Below, piece by piece: positions 8,762 to 18,510 of a stretch of 64,000 nucleotides of DNA (the first letter of the stretch is position 1; each line of letters begins with the position of its first letter). The translations under genes and the position numbers were made by a program. The notes beneath the pieces are model-generated. The model ran no database searches, was not told where the DNA came from, and saw nothing but the letters and a program-made list of their open reading frames with translations. Location of the stretch: the NCBI GenBank assembly GCA_963816145.1, contig CAWFJP010000014.1, positions 128,001 through 192,000 of the forward strand. Direction: 5' to 3'. This stretch comes from an uncultured delta proteobacterium (GTDB lineage: Bacteria; Desulfobacterota; Binatia; UBA9968).

Positions 8762-9913
8762 GTGGAAGTGAAGTTTGGGTTATTTAGCTGCGATTCGCAT
8801 GCACAACTTGACCAAGATGCTTGGACCAAGCGCATGTCCAAGCAGAAGTGGGGCGAGCGGATCCCGCAGATCGTCGAGGTCGACGAGAACGGCAAGACGG
8901 TCGATCGCTGGATGGTCAACGGCAAAGTGCGCAGCGAGTGGGTGTGCAATTGTCCAGCGGCGATGGAAGGCGGCGTGGCACGCGGCTACTATCCGCGCCG
9001 TTGGGACGAAGTCCCGAAGATCGTTTACGATCCCGCCGAACGATTGAAAGCGCTCGATGAGGATCGCGTCGACGGCGAAGTGCTCTATCCCAACGGGCCG
9101 GTGTCGAACTTTGCTTTTCTTCAGGCCGATGCCGAGTTCGAGCTCGCCTGCGTGCAGGCGCATAACGACGCGCTGGCCGAGTGGCGCGACCTGAGCGACC
9201 GTTATGTGCCGGTGGCGATCATTCCCTACATGAGCGAGATTGACGTAGTCGTTGCCGAAGTGGAGCGCTCGGTCAAGCGCGGCCACCGCGGCGTGGTGAT
9301 GTTGGCCGAGCCCGCGTTCACTAAAAAAGGTTTGAAGCGCATGAACGATCCGTTCTGGGAGCCGCTCTGGGCTTGCTGCGCCGAGTTGGGCGTGCCGATG
9401 CATTGGCATGGATCGTCGGGTCTGGTCGAGCAGTTGTCGCTGCCCAAGTGGAGCGGCTTCAGCAAAAGAGAAATGCACACCGTTTCGACATCGCGCTTAT
9501 GTGCCACGCCGGCGCAGCTGATACCCAATTTAATTTTCTCCGGTATCCTCGACCGCCATCCGCGCCTCAACTGGGCCTGCGCCGAAACCGGCTTCGGTTG
9601 GGTGAGCTACGTGCTCGAAGCCAGCGATCACGAATGGGAGACGCGCCAACTGTGGAAGGAAGGGATCAAGACCCGGCCAAGCGAAGTGTTTCGCCGGCAG
9701 ATTTACGTCGACTTTTGGTACGAGAAGGCCGGCATCGAGCTGCGCGAATTGGTTGGCGTCGACAATATCATGTGGGAGTCGGATTATCCGCATATTGCGG
9801 CGACCTATCCACGGTCGTGGAAGTTCGTCGAGGATTCGCTGGCCGGTGTGTCGGAAGCCGAGCGCAAGAAGATGTGTTATGGCAACGCGCTGCGGTTGTA
9901 CGGGCTGGCGTAG
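8762..9913 (+). CDS. Amidohydrolase_2 family (decarboxylase/hydratase-type)
   Basis: 'SCDSH', 'DGEVLYPN', 'WESDYPH'. Confidence 0.85.
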   Translation: MEVKFGLFSCDSHAQLDQDAWTKRMSKQKWGERIPQIVEVDENGKTVDRWMVNGKVRSEWVCNCPAAMEGGVARGYYPRRWDEVPKIVYDPAERLKALDEDRVDGEVLYPNGPVSNFAFLQADAEFELACVQAHNDALAEWRDLSDRYVPVAIIPYMSEIDVVVAEVERSVKRGHRGVVMLAEPAFTKKGLKRMNDPFWEPLWACCAELGVPMHWHGSSGLVEQLSLPKWSGFSKREMHTVSTSRLCATPAQLIPNLIFSGILDRHPRLNWACAETGFGWVSYVLEASDHEWETRQLWKEGIKTRPSEVFRRQIYVDFWYEKAGIELRELVGVDNIMWESDYPHIAATYPRSWKFVEDSLAGVSEAERKKMCYGNALRLYGLA

Positions 9914-9931
9914 CGGTCGAATAATGGCTCT

Positions 9932-10000
9932 TTGTCATTTCGAACGAAGTGAGAAATCTGCCTACCGCGGAGATTTCTCGGCTCCGCCTCGAAATGACAA
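9932..10000. repeat. REP-like palindrome (TGTCATTTCGA...TCGAAATGACA)
   Basis: Perfect 12-bp terminal inverted repeat plus inner GAGAAATCT/AGATTTCTC pair. Confidence 0.85.
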
Positions 10001-10003
10001 CGT

Positions 10004-11155
10004 GTGAAGATTGGAATCACCACGAAAATGACTTTCATCAGTGTCGACGAACATGTTCAGGAACATCCTGAAGTCTGGACCAATCGCTTGTCGCGGCAAA
10101 AGTGGGGCGAGCGCGTGCCGCATATTGGCAAGACCGCCGACGGCAGCGATCGCTGGTTGATCGACGGGCGAGAGATCTCTTTGGACGGCGTCGCCGATTG
10201 CGGCGCGGTGATGGCGAAGCGGACCGAGTGCCCGCAGCGCTGGGCCGATGTGCCGGCGGCGGTTTGCGATCCCAAGGAACGATTGCAGGCGATGGACGCG
10301 GCGGGCATTGAATACGCCGTGCTTTATCCGACCGTCGCCGGTATCGGCGGGCAAAATTTCGGTCGCATCGAAGATACCGAGTTAGAGCTTGCCTGCGTGC
10401 AAGCTTACAACGATTGGCTGCTCGAAGAGTGGGTCAGTGTCAGCCCGCGCTTCGTGCCGCAGTGCCTTGTGCCGCTTTCTCCGATTCAATCGACGGTTAA
10501 GGAAATCCGCCGCTGTGTCGCCAACGGCCACCGGGGCGTGATCTATCCGTCGATTCCGATGGAGCTGCGTGATCTGCCGCATATCAACGACGCGGTCTAC
10601 GATCCGGTGTGGAGGGTGTGCCAAGAACTCGGCGTGCCGGTCTGTTTTCATGCCGGCGCGTCGGCGAAGATCCAGATTCCGGCCTACGACGGCTATGCGC
10701 CGGCCACCGCGGCGGCGATCCGGGCGATCACCCGGCCGGCGAGTTCCGTTTCCGTCTTGGTCAATCTGTTGATCTCGAAAATCTTAATGCGTTTTCCCAA
10801 GTTGAAATTCGTCCTGGCCGAGAGCGGTCTCGGTTGGGGCGCCTATTTGTTGGAGTACACCGACTTTCAGGCTACCGGCGACCAGCTGCCGCAGAACGGC
10901 TACGATCTCATGCCGTCGGAACTGTTCAAGCGGCAGTGTTATTTGGTGGGTTGGTACGACCGCGCCAGCTTGCGCGTGCGCGATTATATCGGCACGGAAA
11001 ACATTCTTTGGTCGAGCCAATTTCCACAGGCGACGTCGACGTGGCCGAATACCAAGGCGGCGCTAGAGAAAAGTTTCACCGGCGTAGCGGCCGCCGATAA
11101 ACAAAAAATTCTCTGGCAGAACGCGGCGCAGTTGTACAAGCTCCCCGTCCTGTGA
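10004..11155 (+). CDS. Amidohydrolase_2 family protein (start possibly ATG 10028)
   Basis: 'SVDEHVQEH', 'AVLYPT', 'WSSQFPQ' (usual D/H replaced). Confidence 0.85.
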   Translation: MKIGITTKMTFISVDEHVQEHPEVWTNRLSRQKWGERVPHIGKTADGSDRWLIDGREISLDGVADCGAVMAKRTECPQRWADVPAAVCDPKERLQAMDAAGIEYAVLYPTVAGIGGQNFGRIEDTELELACVQAYNDWLLEEWVSVSPRFVPQCLVPLSPIQSTVKEIRRCVANGHRGVIYPSIPMELRDLPHINDAVYDPVWRVCQELGVPVCFHAGASAKIQIPAYDGYAPATAAAIRAITRPASSVSVLVNLLISKILMRFPKLKFVLAESGLGWGAYLLEYTDFQATGDQLPQNGYDLMPSELFKRQCYLVGWYDRASLRVRDYIGTENILWSSQFPQATSTWPNTKAALEKSFTGVAAADKQKILWQNAAQLYKLPVL

Positions 11156-11193
11156 TCGATACGTCATCTGAGACAGATAACGGAGTACTAACG

Positions 11194-11874
11194 ATGTCCC
11201 ATTGGCCTAAAATTCGCCCGACCATCGATGCCATGGTCAACCAGCAGTTCGACACCCCGGAGTTCAAAAAGCTATTTGCCGTCACGCTCACGCCAAAGCG
11301 GGTCCAAGTCTATCAAAATCATATGACATTTTATGCCAACAACCGGCGCGACTGTTGGGCGTTTGTCGCCGGCAAGGCGCCGCTCGATGTCAAACGCGCG
11401 ATCTGGGCGCATGAGAAGGACGAGCTGATTCATGACGAGCGCATGGGACGCGCCCATGTGACTGAGGACGATTTACAGTCGGGTGATGAGTGGTTGCTCG
11501 CACCCGGCGCCAAAGTCGCGCATTACGCCTGGCTCTACTGCGCGCGGGAGAAGCCATGGTTGGAGGGTTTGATCTACTCGCATATCCTCGAACGGCGCAA
11601 CAACAACGCCATCGTCAAAGGCGGCGGCTTGGTCGAGCGTTGGAAGCGCAAGCAGCGCGCTGAGCTAGGCGGCAAAAGCGCCGACAAGGATTTTCAAACC
11701 GAAGTGCACGCGGTCGCGGACGAAGATCATTCGGATATTTTCGAGCCGATCTTCGAGCGCTATGTCAATAGTGACGCGGCGGCCGAAGCGGTCCTGGCGG
11801 CGACGCGCGACGGTTTACTGATCGATCGCGCTTTGCGCGGCGCGCTCGCCGACGCGATGTTGGCGGTTGAGTGA
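11194..11874 (+). CDS. Heme-oxygenase-like diiron protein (CADD/PqqC/TenA superfamily)
   Basis: Ligand-like pattern E(KDE)L..H, HILE, HAVADEDH (H-x3-D-x2-H); GGAG RBS before ATG 11194 (alternative GTG 11152). Confidence 0.7.
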   Translation: MSHWPKIRPTIDAMVNQQFDTPEFKKLFAVTLTPKRVQVYQNHMTFYANNRRDCWAFVAGKAPLDVKRAIWAHEKDELIHDERMGRAHVTEDDLQSGDEWLLAPGAKVAHYAWLYCAREKPWLEGLIYSHILERRNNNAIVKGGGLVERWKRKQRAELGGKSADKDFQTEVHAVADEDHSDIFEPIFERYVNSDAAAEAVLAATRDGLLIDRALRGALADAMLAVE

Positions 11875-11925
11875 GAGAAATGGGAATGCGGGATGTCACA
11901 TTTCTGTGGCGCGAAGTTATCCGGA

Positions 11926-12027
11926 TCCTTCCCCCTTTGACGGGGGAAGGCTAGGATAGGGGTGCTGCGCAGGCTATGTAAAAGCACCGGCACCCTTTTC
12001 TCACTCCTTCCCCGTCCAAGGGAAGGA
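11926..12027. repeat. Inverted pair of GC-hairpin REP-like units
   Basis: TCCTTCCCCC-TTTGAC-GGGGGAAGG..GGGGTG / CACCC..TCCTTCCC-CGTCCAA-GGGAAGGA. Confidence 0.75.
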
Positions 12028-12119
12028 TGCAAGACAAAGACGAGGAAGCGAGTTGCAGCTTTGATGTATATTTAAACTAGGTATTTCATAGTTCGAATCA
12101 ACACCAGAGGAGAACGATC

Positions 12120-13211
12120 ATGGCAGACACACCGGTCACGGCGGAGGAAGAAGTTAGGGAGCGGGTTGCCTATATCTCGCCTTATGAGCAGTGGAAAAAG
12201 TCGGAAGGCTTGCAGACCTATCGGGGGTTGGCGATCAAAAATCTTTACGATCTCGAGCTGTCGCCGTGGAAATCGAGCGGCGATGGTTTGGCAGCGTTTC
12301 TCAATCTCGAGGGCACCGGTGGGTTTAACGATTCCTACGTCGCCGAGATTCCGCCGGGGAAATCGCTCAAGGCGCACCGCCACTTGTTCGAAGAAACCAT
12401 CTACATTCTCAAAGGCCAGGGCGCGACCTCGGTGTGGATCGATCCGAGCCGCAAGGAAACCTTCGAGTGGCAGGAGGGCAGTTATTTCTCTATACCCATG
12501 AATGCCTGGCATGAACATCATAACGCGTCCGGTTTGGATTCGGCGCGCTACATCGCCATGACCAGCGCACCGCGGGTCATCGACACCTTCAACAACTATG
12601 AGTTCGTTTTCGAGAATCCATTTGTTTTCAAGGATCGATACAACTCGGAAGAGGGTTACTTCAAGCAGGCGGCGCCGGCGCAGCAGTGGGCGACCAATTT
12701 TGTCGCCGACGTGCGCGTCTGCGAGACTTACTCCGGCGGCTTCGACCGCGGCGGCGGCGCCAAGAGCACGGTGTTTCGCATGGTCAAGCAGACCGTCAAG
12801 TCACATGTGTCGCACTGGGGCGTCGGTGCCTACAAGAAGGCGCACCGCCATGGCCCGGGAATTCACGTATTAATCATTCGCGGTACCGGCTACTCGATCC
12901 TTTGGCAGGAGGGCAAACCCTTGGAGCGCGTCGAGTGGGGCCCCGGCAGCGTGTTTGTGCCGCCGGAAATGTGGTTTCACCAGCATTTCAATGGCAGCGC
13001 CGAGCCGGTGTTTTTTCTCGCCATCGGCTGGGGCAGTGATAAACCGAAAGCCGGCGGTAAGGCCTATGTCTATAAAAGCGTCAAAGATGGCGGCGATCAG
13101 ATCGAGTACGAAGATGAAGATCCCAAGATCCACGCCGAATTCGAAACCGCGATGAAAAAGGCCGGCGCGCGCTGCAAAATGGATTATCATCCGCACTGCA
13201 CGATGAAGTAG
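12120..13211 (+). CDS. Bicupin protein
   Basis: AHRHLFEE..GQG..AWHEH and AHRHGPG..GTG..WFHQH. Confidence 0.8.
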   Translation: MADTPVTAEEEVRERVAYISPYEQWKKSEGLQTYRGLAIKNLYDLELSPWKSSGDGLAAFLNLEGTGGFNDSYVAEIPPGKSLKAHRHLFEETIYILKGQGATSVWIDPSRKETFEWQEGSYFSIPMNAWHEHHNASGLDSARYIAMTSAPRVIDTFNNYEFVFENPFVFKDRYNSEEGYFKQAAPAQQWATNFVADVRVCETYSGGFDRGGGAKSTVFRMVKQTVKSHVSHWGVGAYKKAHRHGPGIHVLIIRGTGYSILWQEGKPLERVEWGPGSVFVPPEMWFHQHFNGSAEPVFFLAIGWGSDKPKAGGKAYVYKSVKDGGDQIEYEDEDPKIHAEFETAMKKAGARCKMDYHPHCTMK

Positions 13212-13250
13212 GCTGGGGCTGAAGATCGACGATGGAGGATTGAGGATGGC
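13211..13250. repeat. 7-bp-period GATnGAG array (family D, single arm) overlapping RBS/start
   Basis: GATCGAC GATGGAG GATTGAG GATGGC at 13224-13250. Confidence 0.6.
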
Positions 13251-14328
13251 GCGCAAGCACTGGGCGTTCGTTTCCACCGGGGTACTGATGGCGGTAGCTA
13301 CCTGCCTTGCAGTGGCCAGCGCTGCTTCGATCGAACCAATCTTCGGCGAAATCGCCAAACTTTCCGGCGAGGCTCGGCAAAAACGGTTAGAAGAGGGCGC
13401 CCGCAAAGAGGGCGCCTTTATTTACTATTCGATTTCCAATGCCGATTTGATTGGCGCCTACGTCAAAGGGTTCACCGCTCGCTATCCATTTATCCGCGGT
13501 GAATTTTATCGCGGCAGCGGCAACCAATTGGTCGTGCGCACGATGATGGAGCATAAGTCGGGACGGCTGGCCGCCGACGTCATTTCGGTGGGAACTGAAA
13601 ATGTCATGGCCCTCAAACGCTCGGGGATTTGGACGCCTTACCGCTCGCCGGAGGCGCAGTTCTACCCGCGCGAGCAATACGATAAGGACGGCTATTTCCA
13701 TTCCGATAGTCTCGGCCTGGCGACTATGGTGTACAACACCCAGCTGGTCAAAAAGGGCGAAGCGCCCAAGGGCTACAACGATCTGCTCGATCCCAAGTGG
13801 AAAAACAGCATGACCATCGACCTGGAGCCCGAGCGCGCCATGTTGGCGTGGTTGTCGGCGTGGGGCGAAGCGCGCACGCGCGACTTCGTGCAAAAACTGC
13901 TTGGCAATGGCGCCAGCGTGCGTCGCGGCCATACCCTGCAGGCGCAGCTGCTTTGCGCCGGTGAGTTCAAGGTCGCCGTGGAACTCTATCCCGACGCGGT
14001 CCTGCGGATGCGCCAAAAGGGTTGCCCGGCGGAAATTGTTTTTCCCAATCCCACTCCAGCGCTCGCCGGCGGCAACTACGGCGTCAACATCAATGCGCCG
14101 CACCCCCATGCGGCGGCGCTGTTCGTCGATTTTGTCCTGTCGGCGGAAGGGGCGAAGATCCTAGCCGGCACCGGGCGCATTCCCACGCGCAAGGGCGCCC
14201 GTTCGATCTACGATGAGCTCAACAATTTGGAAGAAAAAGGCGTAACGCTGCATGTCGTCACCGCCGAGCAGACCGACCACGTATCCAAGGCGATGGAAAA
14301 GATTATGAAAGAGATGCTGGTGCGCTAA
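13246..14328 (+). CDS. Extracellular solute-binding protein (Fe3+/thiamine-like cluster)
   Basis: 'YNTQLVK..APKGYNDLLDPKWK', 'APHPHAAALFVDFVLSAEG'. Confidence 0.85.
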   Translation: MARKHWAFVSTGVLMAVATCLAVASAASIEPIFGEIAKLSGEARQKRLEEGARKEGAFIYYSISNADLIGAYVKGFTARYPFIRGEFYRGSGNQLVVRTMMEHKSGRLAADVISVGTENVMALKRSGIWTPYRSPEAQFYPREQYDKDGYFHSDSLGLATMVYNTQLVKKGEAPKGYNDLLDPKWKNSMTIDLEPERAMLAWLSAWGEARTRDFVQKLLGNGASVRRGHTLQAQLLCAGEFKVAVELYPDAVLRMRQKGCPAEIVFPNPTPALAGGNYGVNINAPHPHAAALFVDFVLSAEGAKILAGTGRIPTRKGARSIYDELNNLEEKGVTLHVVTAEQTDHVSKAMEKIMKEMLVR

Positions 14329-14426
14329 TGCTTGTTAAGAGTTATGGTCCTACGCAGTTCAGCTCCGCTGGTTGTTGCAAATCTTTTCTGAATCATAACA
14401 AATAGAATTTGACGTGCCGGTCATAA

Positions 14427-14517
14427 CCCCCCCTTGAGAAAGGGGGGGCAGGGAGGATTTATCGAGTGCGGAATCTGCAGAATAAATCCCCCTGGATCCC
14501 CCTTAACCAAAGGGGGA
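14427..14517. repeat. Inverted pair of CCCCCTT-n-AAGGGGG REP-like hairpins
   Basis: CCCCCCCTTGAGAAAGGGGGGG..GGATTT / AAATCC..CCCCCTTAACCAAAGGGGG. Confidence 0.8.
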
Positions 14518-14557
14518 AATCAGTAAAGCCCGATGCACACCAGAGGAGGTTTATTCG

Positions 14558-15721
14558 ATGTCCCGCCAGTACCGTTATTTTTCCGCCGATAGCCACTACG
14601 AATCGCTGCCGGAATCATGGACGCACCGGGTGCCGGTCAAGTATCGCGACCGCGCGCCGCGTCGCATTAAGCTTGCCGATGGCCGCGATGCGATCGTCGA
14701 TGAGGGCCAGCCGCTGGAATACCGCGGCACCAATTTATTTGCCGGTAAGGGACCGGAAAACTTCAATCCCACCCGGCTCGACTTCGACAACTCGGTTGGC
14801 GCCGGCTCGCCGCAGCAGCGCATAAAGGAGCAGGATGCCGACGGCATCGACGGTGAATTGCTGTTCGCCACCGAAGCGCGCAATACCAAGATCAAGGACC
14901 GCGACGCCTTCCTCGCCATCATCCGCGCGTTCAACGATTATTTCATCGAGGAATACTGCGCCGTCGACCCGGACCGCTTGATCGGCGTCGCGGTGATGCC
15001 GGACATGGGCGCCGATGAAAACGTCGCCGAGATGAAACGCTGCAAAGCAAAGGGCTTCAAAGCGGTACGCTTGCACACATTCCCAAGCGGTAAGAATTTT
15101 CCGACGCCGGAGGACGATCAGTTTTACGCGGCGGCGATCGATCTCGATATGCCGGTAACGATTCACACGTCGTTTCCTCGCCGTACTGATGAGCGCGACG
15201 TTTACTTGATGAAGTATCCCAAAGATCCCCAGGGTGAAGACCGCCCGTTCGATTTTCTCCAGCGCTTGGCGCGGCAGGGGATCTATCACTGCGGCGCGGT
15301 GGAGGCGACGCAATTGATTTTCACCGGGGTGTTCGACCGTTTCCCCAGGCTGCAAATTTTCTGGGCCGAGAATAACATCGGCTGGATCCCCTACTTCTAC
15401 CAGCAGATGGATCAGACCTATAAGGTCAATTGCCACTGGGCGGAGAAACTTTTGGGGTTGCCCAAGTTAAAGAAGCTCCCGAGCGAATACCTGCGCGAGC
15501 ACGCCCACTGGGGCGTCTTCGACGATCCCATCGGCATCCAGCTGCGCCATATGGTCGGTGTCGACAAGGTGATGTGGTCCACCGACTTTCCGCATATCGT
15601 GACGGTATGGCCCGATTCGCTGAAGCTGGTCGAAGAACAATTCGCCGGTGTGCCGGAAAATGAAAAGCACGCGATGCTCGCCGGCAACGCGGTGAAGTTT
15701 TTTCATCTCGATGCGGCATAA
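14558..15721 (+). CDS. Amidohydrolase_2 family protein
   Basis: 'SADSH', 'DGIDGELLF', 'WSTDFPH'. Confidence 0.85.
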   Translation: MSRQYRYFSADSHYESLPESWTHRVPVKYRDRAPRRIKLADGRDAIVDEGQPLEYRGTNLFAGKGPENFNPTRLDFDNSVGAGSPQQRIKEQDADGIDGELLFATEARNTKIKDRDAFLAIIRAFNDYFIEEYCAVDPDRLIGVAVMPDMGADENVAEMKRCKAKGFKAVRLHTFPSGKNFPTPEDDQFYAAAIDLDMPVTIHTSFPRRTDERDVYLMKYPKDPQGEDRPFDFLQRLARQGIYHCGAVEATQLIFTGVFDRFPRLQIFWAENNIGWIPYFYQQMDQTYKVNCHWAEKLLGLPKLKKLPSEYLREHAHWGVFDDPIGIQLRHMVGVDKVMWSTDFPHIVTVWPDSLKLVEEQFAGVPENEKHAMLAGNAVKFFHLDAA

Positions 15722-15732
15722 CCGGAGAACAC

Positions 15733-15773
15733 GTTCCAGTCGTTTCAAACGTTCAAGCCGTTCAAATCGTTGA
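15733..15773. repeat. 9-bp-period GTTCAA/GTTCCA array (family C)
   Basis: Units at 15733, 15742, 15751, 15760, 15769. Confidence 0.8.
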
Positions 15774-15868
15774 CGGAAGAAGATGCGGATTCGGAGGGGA
15801 GGGCCGCAAACCTTGTCCAGAGCGCATGCCACGGTACTAAAGCTTTGCGAACAACGCAGAAATGCGGT

Positions 15869-15950
15869 TCACCACGAAGGACACGACGAGCACGAAGTTC
15901 GGAATCTTAATCGTCCGATACCTTCGTGTCCTTCGTGATCTTCGTGGTGA
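15869..15950. repeat. Periodic palindrome family A: (CACGAAGnn)3-TTCGG-loop-CCGA-(CTTCGTGnn)3
   Basis: Direct reading; near-identical copies at 18321, 21246, 54368, 57127. Confidence 0.95.
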
Positions 15951-15985
15951 GATCCATCCTTCCCGGCATCGCACGCTGTTCAAGT

Positions 15986-16987
15986 TCACACGCCCAGCAG
16001 CTTGCGCAGTATCCGGTCGTCGATTAAGTCCTCGACCTTCAGATTTCCTACCTTGGGGTTTTGTTGTTTCATCAGGCGCTGGACGTTGCGCAGGCCCTCC
16101 AACGACGGATAGGGTTTGGCTTCGACACCGGTGATGAGATCCTGGTAGCCTGCCTCGGCGCTGTTGGCGTCGGGGATGCGCAGGCGCGTCGTCATCGTTT
16201 TAATAACCGCTGCCTTGTTGGCCGGCGCCAGGCTGAACTGGATACCTTCAAGAAGGCTTTTCAAAAAATTCTCGATCACGTTTGACTGCTTCTGCAGAAA
16301 TGTTCGTGAAACGACAATCCCTTGGCCGGGAAACGGAATGTTGGCTTTGCCGAACTCGGCGATGACTTTGAATCCCTTTTGCTTCAATCGATGGGTGTAA
16401 ACGCCGTCGAGGGTAGCGACGTCGACATTGCCGGCTTCGAGAGCTTGAGTGTTGTTGGTCTGGTCGCCAACGATCATGAGCGAAATCTGATCCCGCGTGG
16501 CTTCCAAGCCCAAGTGTTCCAGGCCGAGCAGAGCGCCCATCCATAAACTGCCGCCAATGCCGCCGGTGCCTAGGCGTTTGCCGCGCAAGTCTTCGACCTT
16601 GTTGATTCCTGGGCGGGCGATTAAATCATAAGTCAACCGATTTGACATCATGGCAAGTATTTTCAACTCAGCGCCGTTGGCGGCTGCGCCGAGCGCGGTA
16701 TTGGAGCCGCCGTAGACGATCTGCAGCTCGCCGGCGAGTAAGGCGGCCACTGCTGGCTGGGAGAGGCGCGTCAGAACTAAGATTACGTCGAGTCCGTTTT
16801 TGGCAAAAAAGCCGCGCTCCTGGGCGATCCACAGCGGCGAAACGCGTGAGTTGAGCGTCGACAGACCGACGATGAGTTTAGTTTGGGCGGAGGATTGGAC
16901 CGGCAGTAAGAAGCAGAAACAAATGAGGATAGTTACTGCAGTACGGCGCAAATAGTTTTTTGCGCAAGTTGCAAAGTTCTGCTCCAT
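15986..16987 (-). CDS. ABC substrate-binding protein, NMT1/SsuA family
   Basis: 'LWIAQERGFFAKNGLDV', 'KPYPSLEG'; C-terminus slightly shorter than paralogs; start uncertain. Confidence 0.8.
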   Translation of the reverse strand: MEQNFATCAKNYLRRTAVTILICFCFLLPVQSSAQTKLIVGLSTLNSRVSPLWIAQERGFFAKNGLDVILVLTRLSQPAVAALLAGELQIVYGGSNTALGAAANGAELKILAMMSNRLTYDLIARPGINKVEDLRGKRLGTGGIGGSLWMGALLGLEHLGLEATRDQISLMIVGDQTNNTQALEAGNVDVATLDGVYTHRLKQKGFKVIAEFGKANIPFPGQGIVVSRTFLQKQSNVIENFLKSLLEGIQFSLAPANKAAVIKTMTTRLRIPDANSAEAGYQDLITGVEAKPYPSLEGLRNVQRLMKQQNPKVGNLKVEDLIDDRILRKLLGV

Positions 16988-16995
16988 TAGTTTCG

Positions 16996-17042
16996 CCCTC
17001 ACTCTCACCCTCGCCATCTCCCATCGGAATGGGCGAGGGGGA
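16996..17042. repeat. GC-hairpin REP-like unit
   Basis: CCCTC..CTCCCATCGGAATGGGCGAGGG. Confidence 0.6.
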
Positions 17043-17073
17043 TAAGAGAAAGTTTATTTTGATCTTAGCCGAA

Positions 17074-18246
17074 TTATTTTCCGTGCCAGTTGATCCATAG
17101 GCCGAGCAACGCCACGCCGGCGGTGGCGAGATACATGATTCGAAAACTCTGGTCGACCAAATCAAGTAACGCGCCGAGGGTCAAGGAGCCGATGCCGATG
17201 CCCAGGTCGTAGAAGAACTGAAACTGCGCCAGCGATTGGCCGCGCCGTTGGCCGTCGCTGCGATCCACCGCTTGAGTCATGAGCGCCGGTTGGGCGGCGC
17301 CGGTGCCGAAGCCGCAGACGATGGCAGCGGCCATCAAGCCGTTCGAGGTTGTCGCGAACGCCAGAAGGACGATGCCGGCCAGATTCAATATCAGTCCGGG
17401 AATGATCGCGGCGCGGCGGCTGATTTTATCCGAAATCGGTCCGGCGATGGGCCGGCTGAGAAGGATGCAGGCGGCGTAGACGCCGAACCAGATGCCGGGA
17501 TTGGTGACGCCGATTTTCAAAGCTTGAATCGGTAAAAACGTCAGAATGCCGCCGTGGCCGAAGGACAGAAACGCCACGCCGATGGCCGGGTCGAGGGATT
17601 CTTTGACCATGATGTTGTCGATCCAGCGCTTGGCTTTGTCGGGTTCAGTGAAGGAACGCTTCGGTTCGGTGACGGGAACGGCGAAGATAAAACTCAGAAT
17701 CAGCAATGCGCTGGCGCCGAGAAACACGCCGGAATAATCGAAGCGATGGAACAGCGCGAAGCCCAACACCGGACCCAGCGCTGAAGCCAGGCTGCTGGCC
17801 ATAGCGGCGTAACCCATCAAGTCGCCGCGCCGCGCTTTCGGTACGATGTCGGCGCTGATGGTCGACACCGCGGTGGTGCAGCCCGACCAGCCTAGGCCAT
17901 GGAGCACGCGAAACGGCAACATGAGTAAAATCGACGGCGCCCATAAGTAGCCCAACTTGCCGGCGGTGAAAAACGCGATGCCATAGAGTAGAAATGGCTT
18001 GCGGCCGATGCGATCGATGAGCAAACCGACGGGAATGCGCGTCGCCGTGGTGGTGATCGTGAATACCGCCATCACCGCACCGATGACGGTGGACGAGGCG
18101 CCGAAGGTGATCAAATAGAGCGGCAGCAGCGGCCGGGTGACATGATGAGCGAGAAAGATGCCGAAGCGGCTCAACCAAGTGAGTACGAAATCCTTGAGCC
18201 AAGGGCGGTCTGATGATGCTTGCTCGGATGCTTCACTCTTGGCCAT
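17074..18246 (-). CDS. MFS transporter
   Basis: Multi-TM profile, motif A 'GLLIDRIGRK'. Confidence 0.9.
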   Translation of the reverse strand: MAKSEASEQASSDRPWLKDFVLTWLSRFGIFLAHHVTRPLLPLYLITFGASSTVIGAVMAVFTITTTATRIPVGLLIDRIGRKPFLLYGIAFFTAGKLGYLWAPSILLMLPFRVLHGLGWSGCTTAVSTISADIVPKARRGDLMGYAAMASSLASALGPVLGFALFHRFDYSGVFLGASALLILSFIFAVPVTEPKRSFTEPDKAKRWIDNIMVKESLDPAIGVAFLSFGHGGILTFLPIQALKIGVTNPGIWFGVYAACILLSRPIAGPISDKISRRAAIIPGLILNLAGIVLLAFATTSNGLMAAAIVCGFGTGAAQPALMTQAVDRSDGQRRGQSLAQFQFFYDLGIGIGSLTLGALLDLVDQSFRIMYLATAGVALLGLWINWHGK

Positions 18247-18320
18247 GGGAAGCTTCGATCATTGCGGTAGGAGTGTGACAAAGTCAATTGCGTGAAATAC
18301 AAGATATCGGAGAGATTCCT

Positions 18321-18399
18321 TCACCACGAAGGCACGAAGAGCACGAAGTTCGGAATCTAATTTTCCGAAACCTTCGTGTCCTTCGTGCCTTCGTGGTGG
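18321..18399. repeat. Periodic palindrome family A
   Basis: CACGAAG at 18325, 18333, 18342; CTTCGTG at 18372, 18381, 18389. Confidence 0.95.
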
Positions 18400-18510
18400 A
18401 TCCTCTGTTTCGTCCACCACAGCTGCCTACTGGTAGTACAAATTTCTCGTTGCAAACTTTCTGGAGTCCTGACAGAGTGAGGCCGTTTTGCCGACGGGAG
18501 GAGTGAATTT

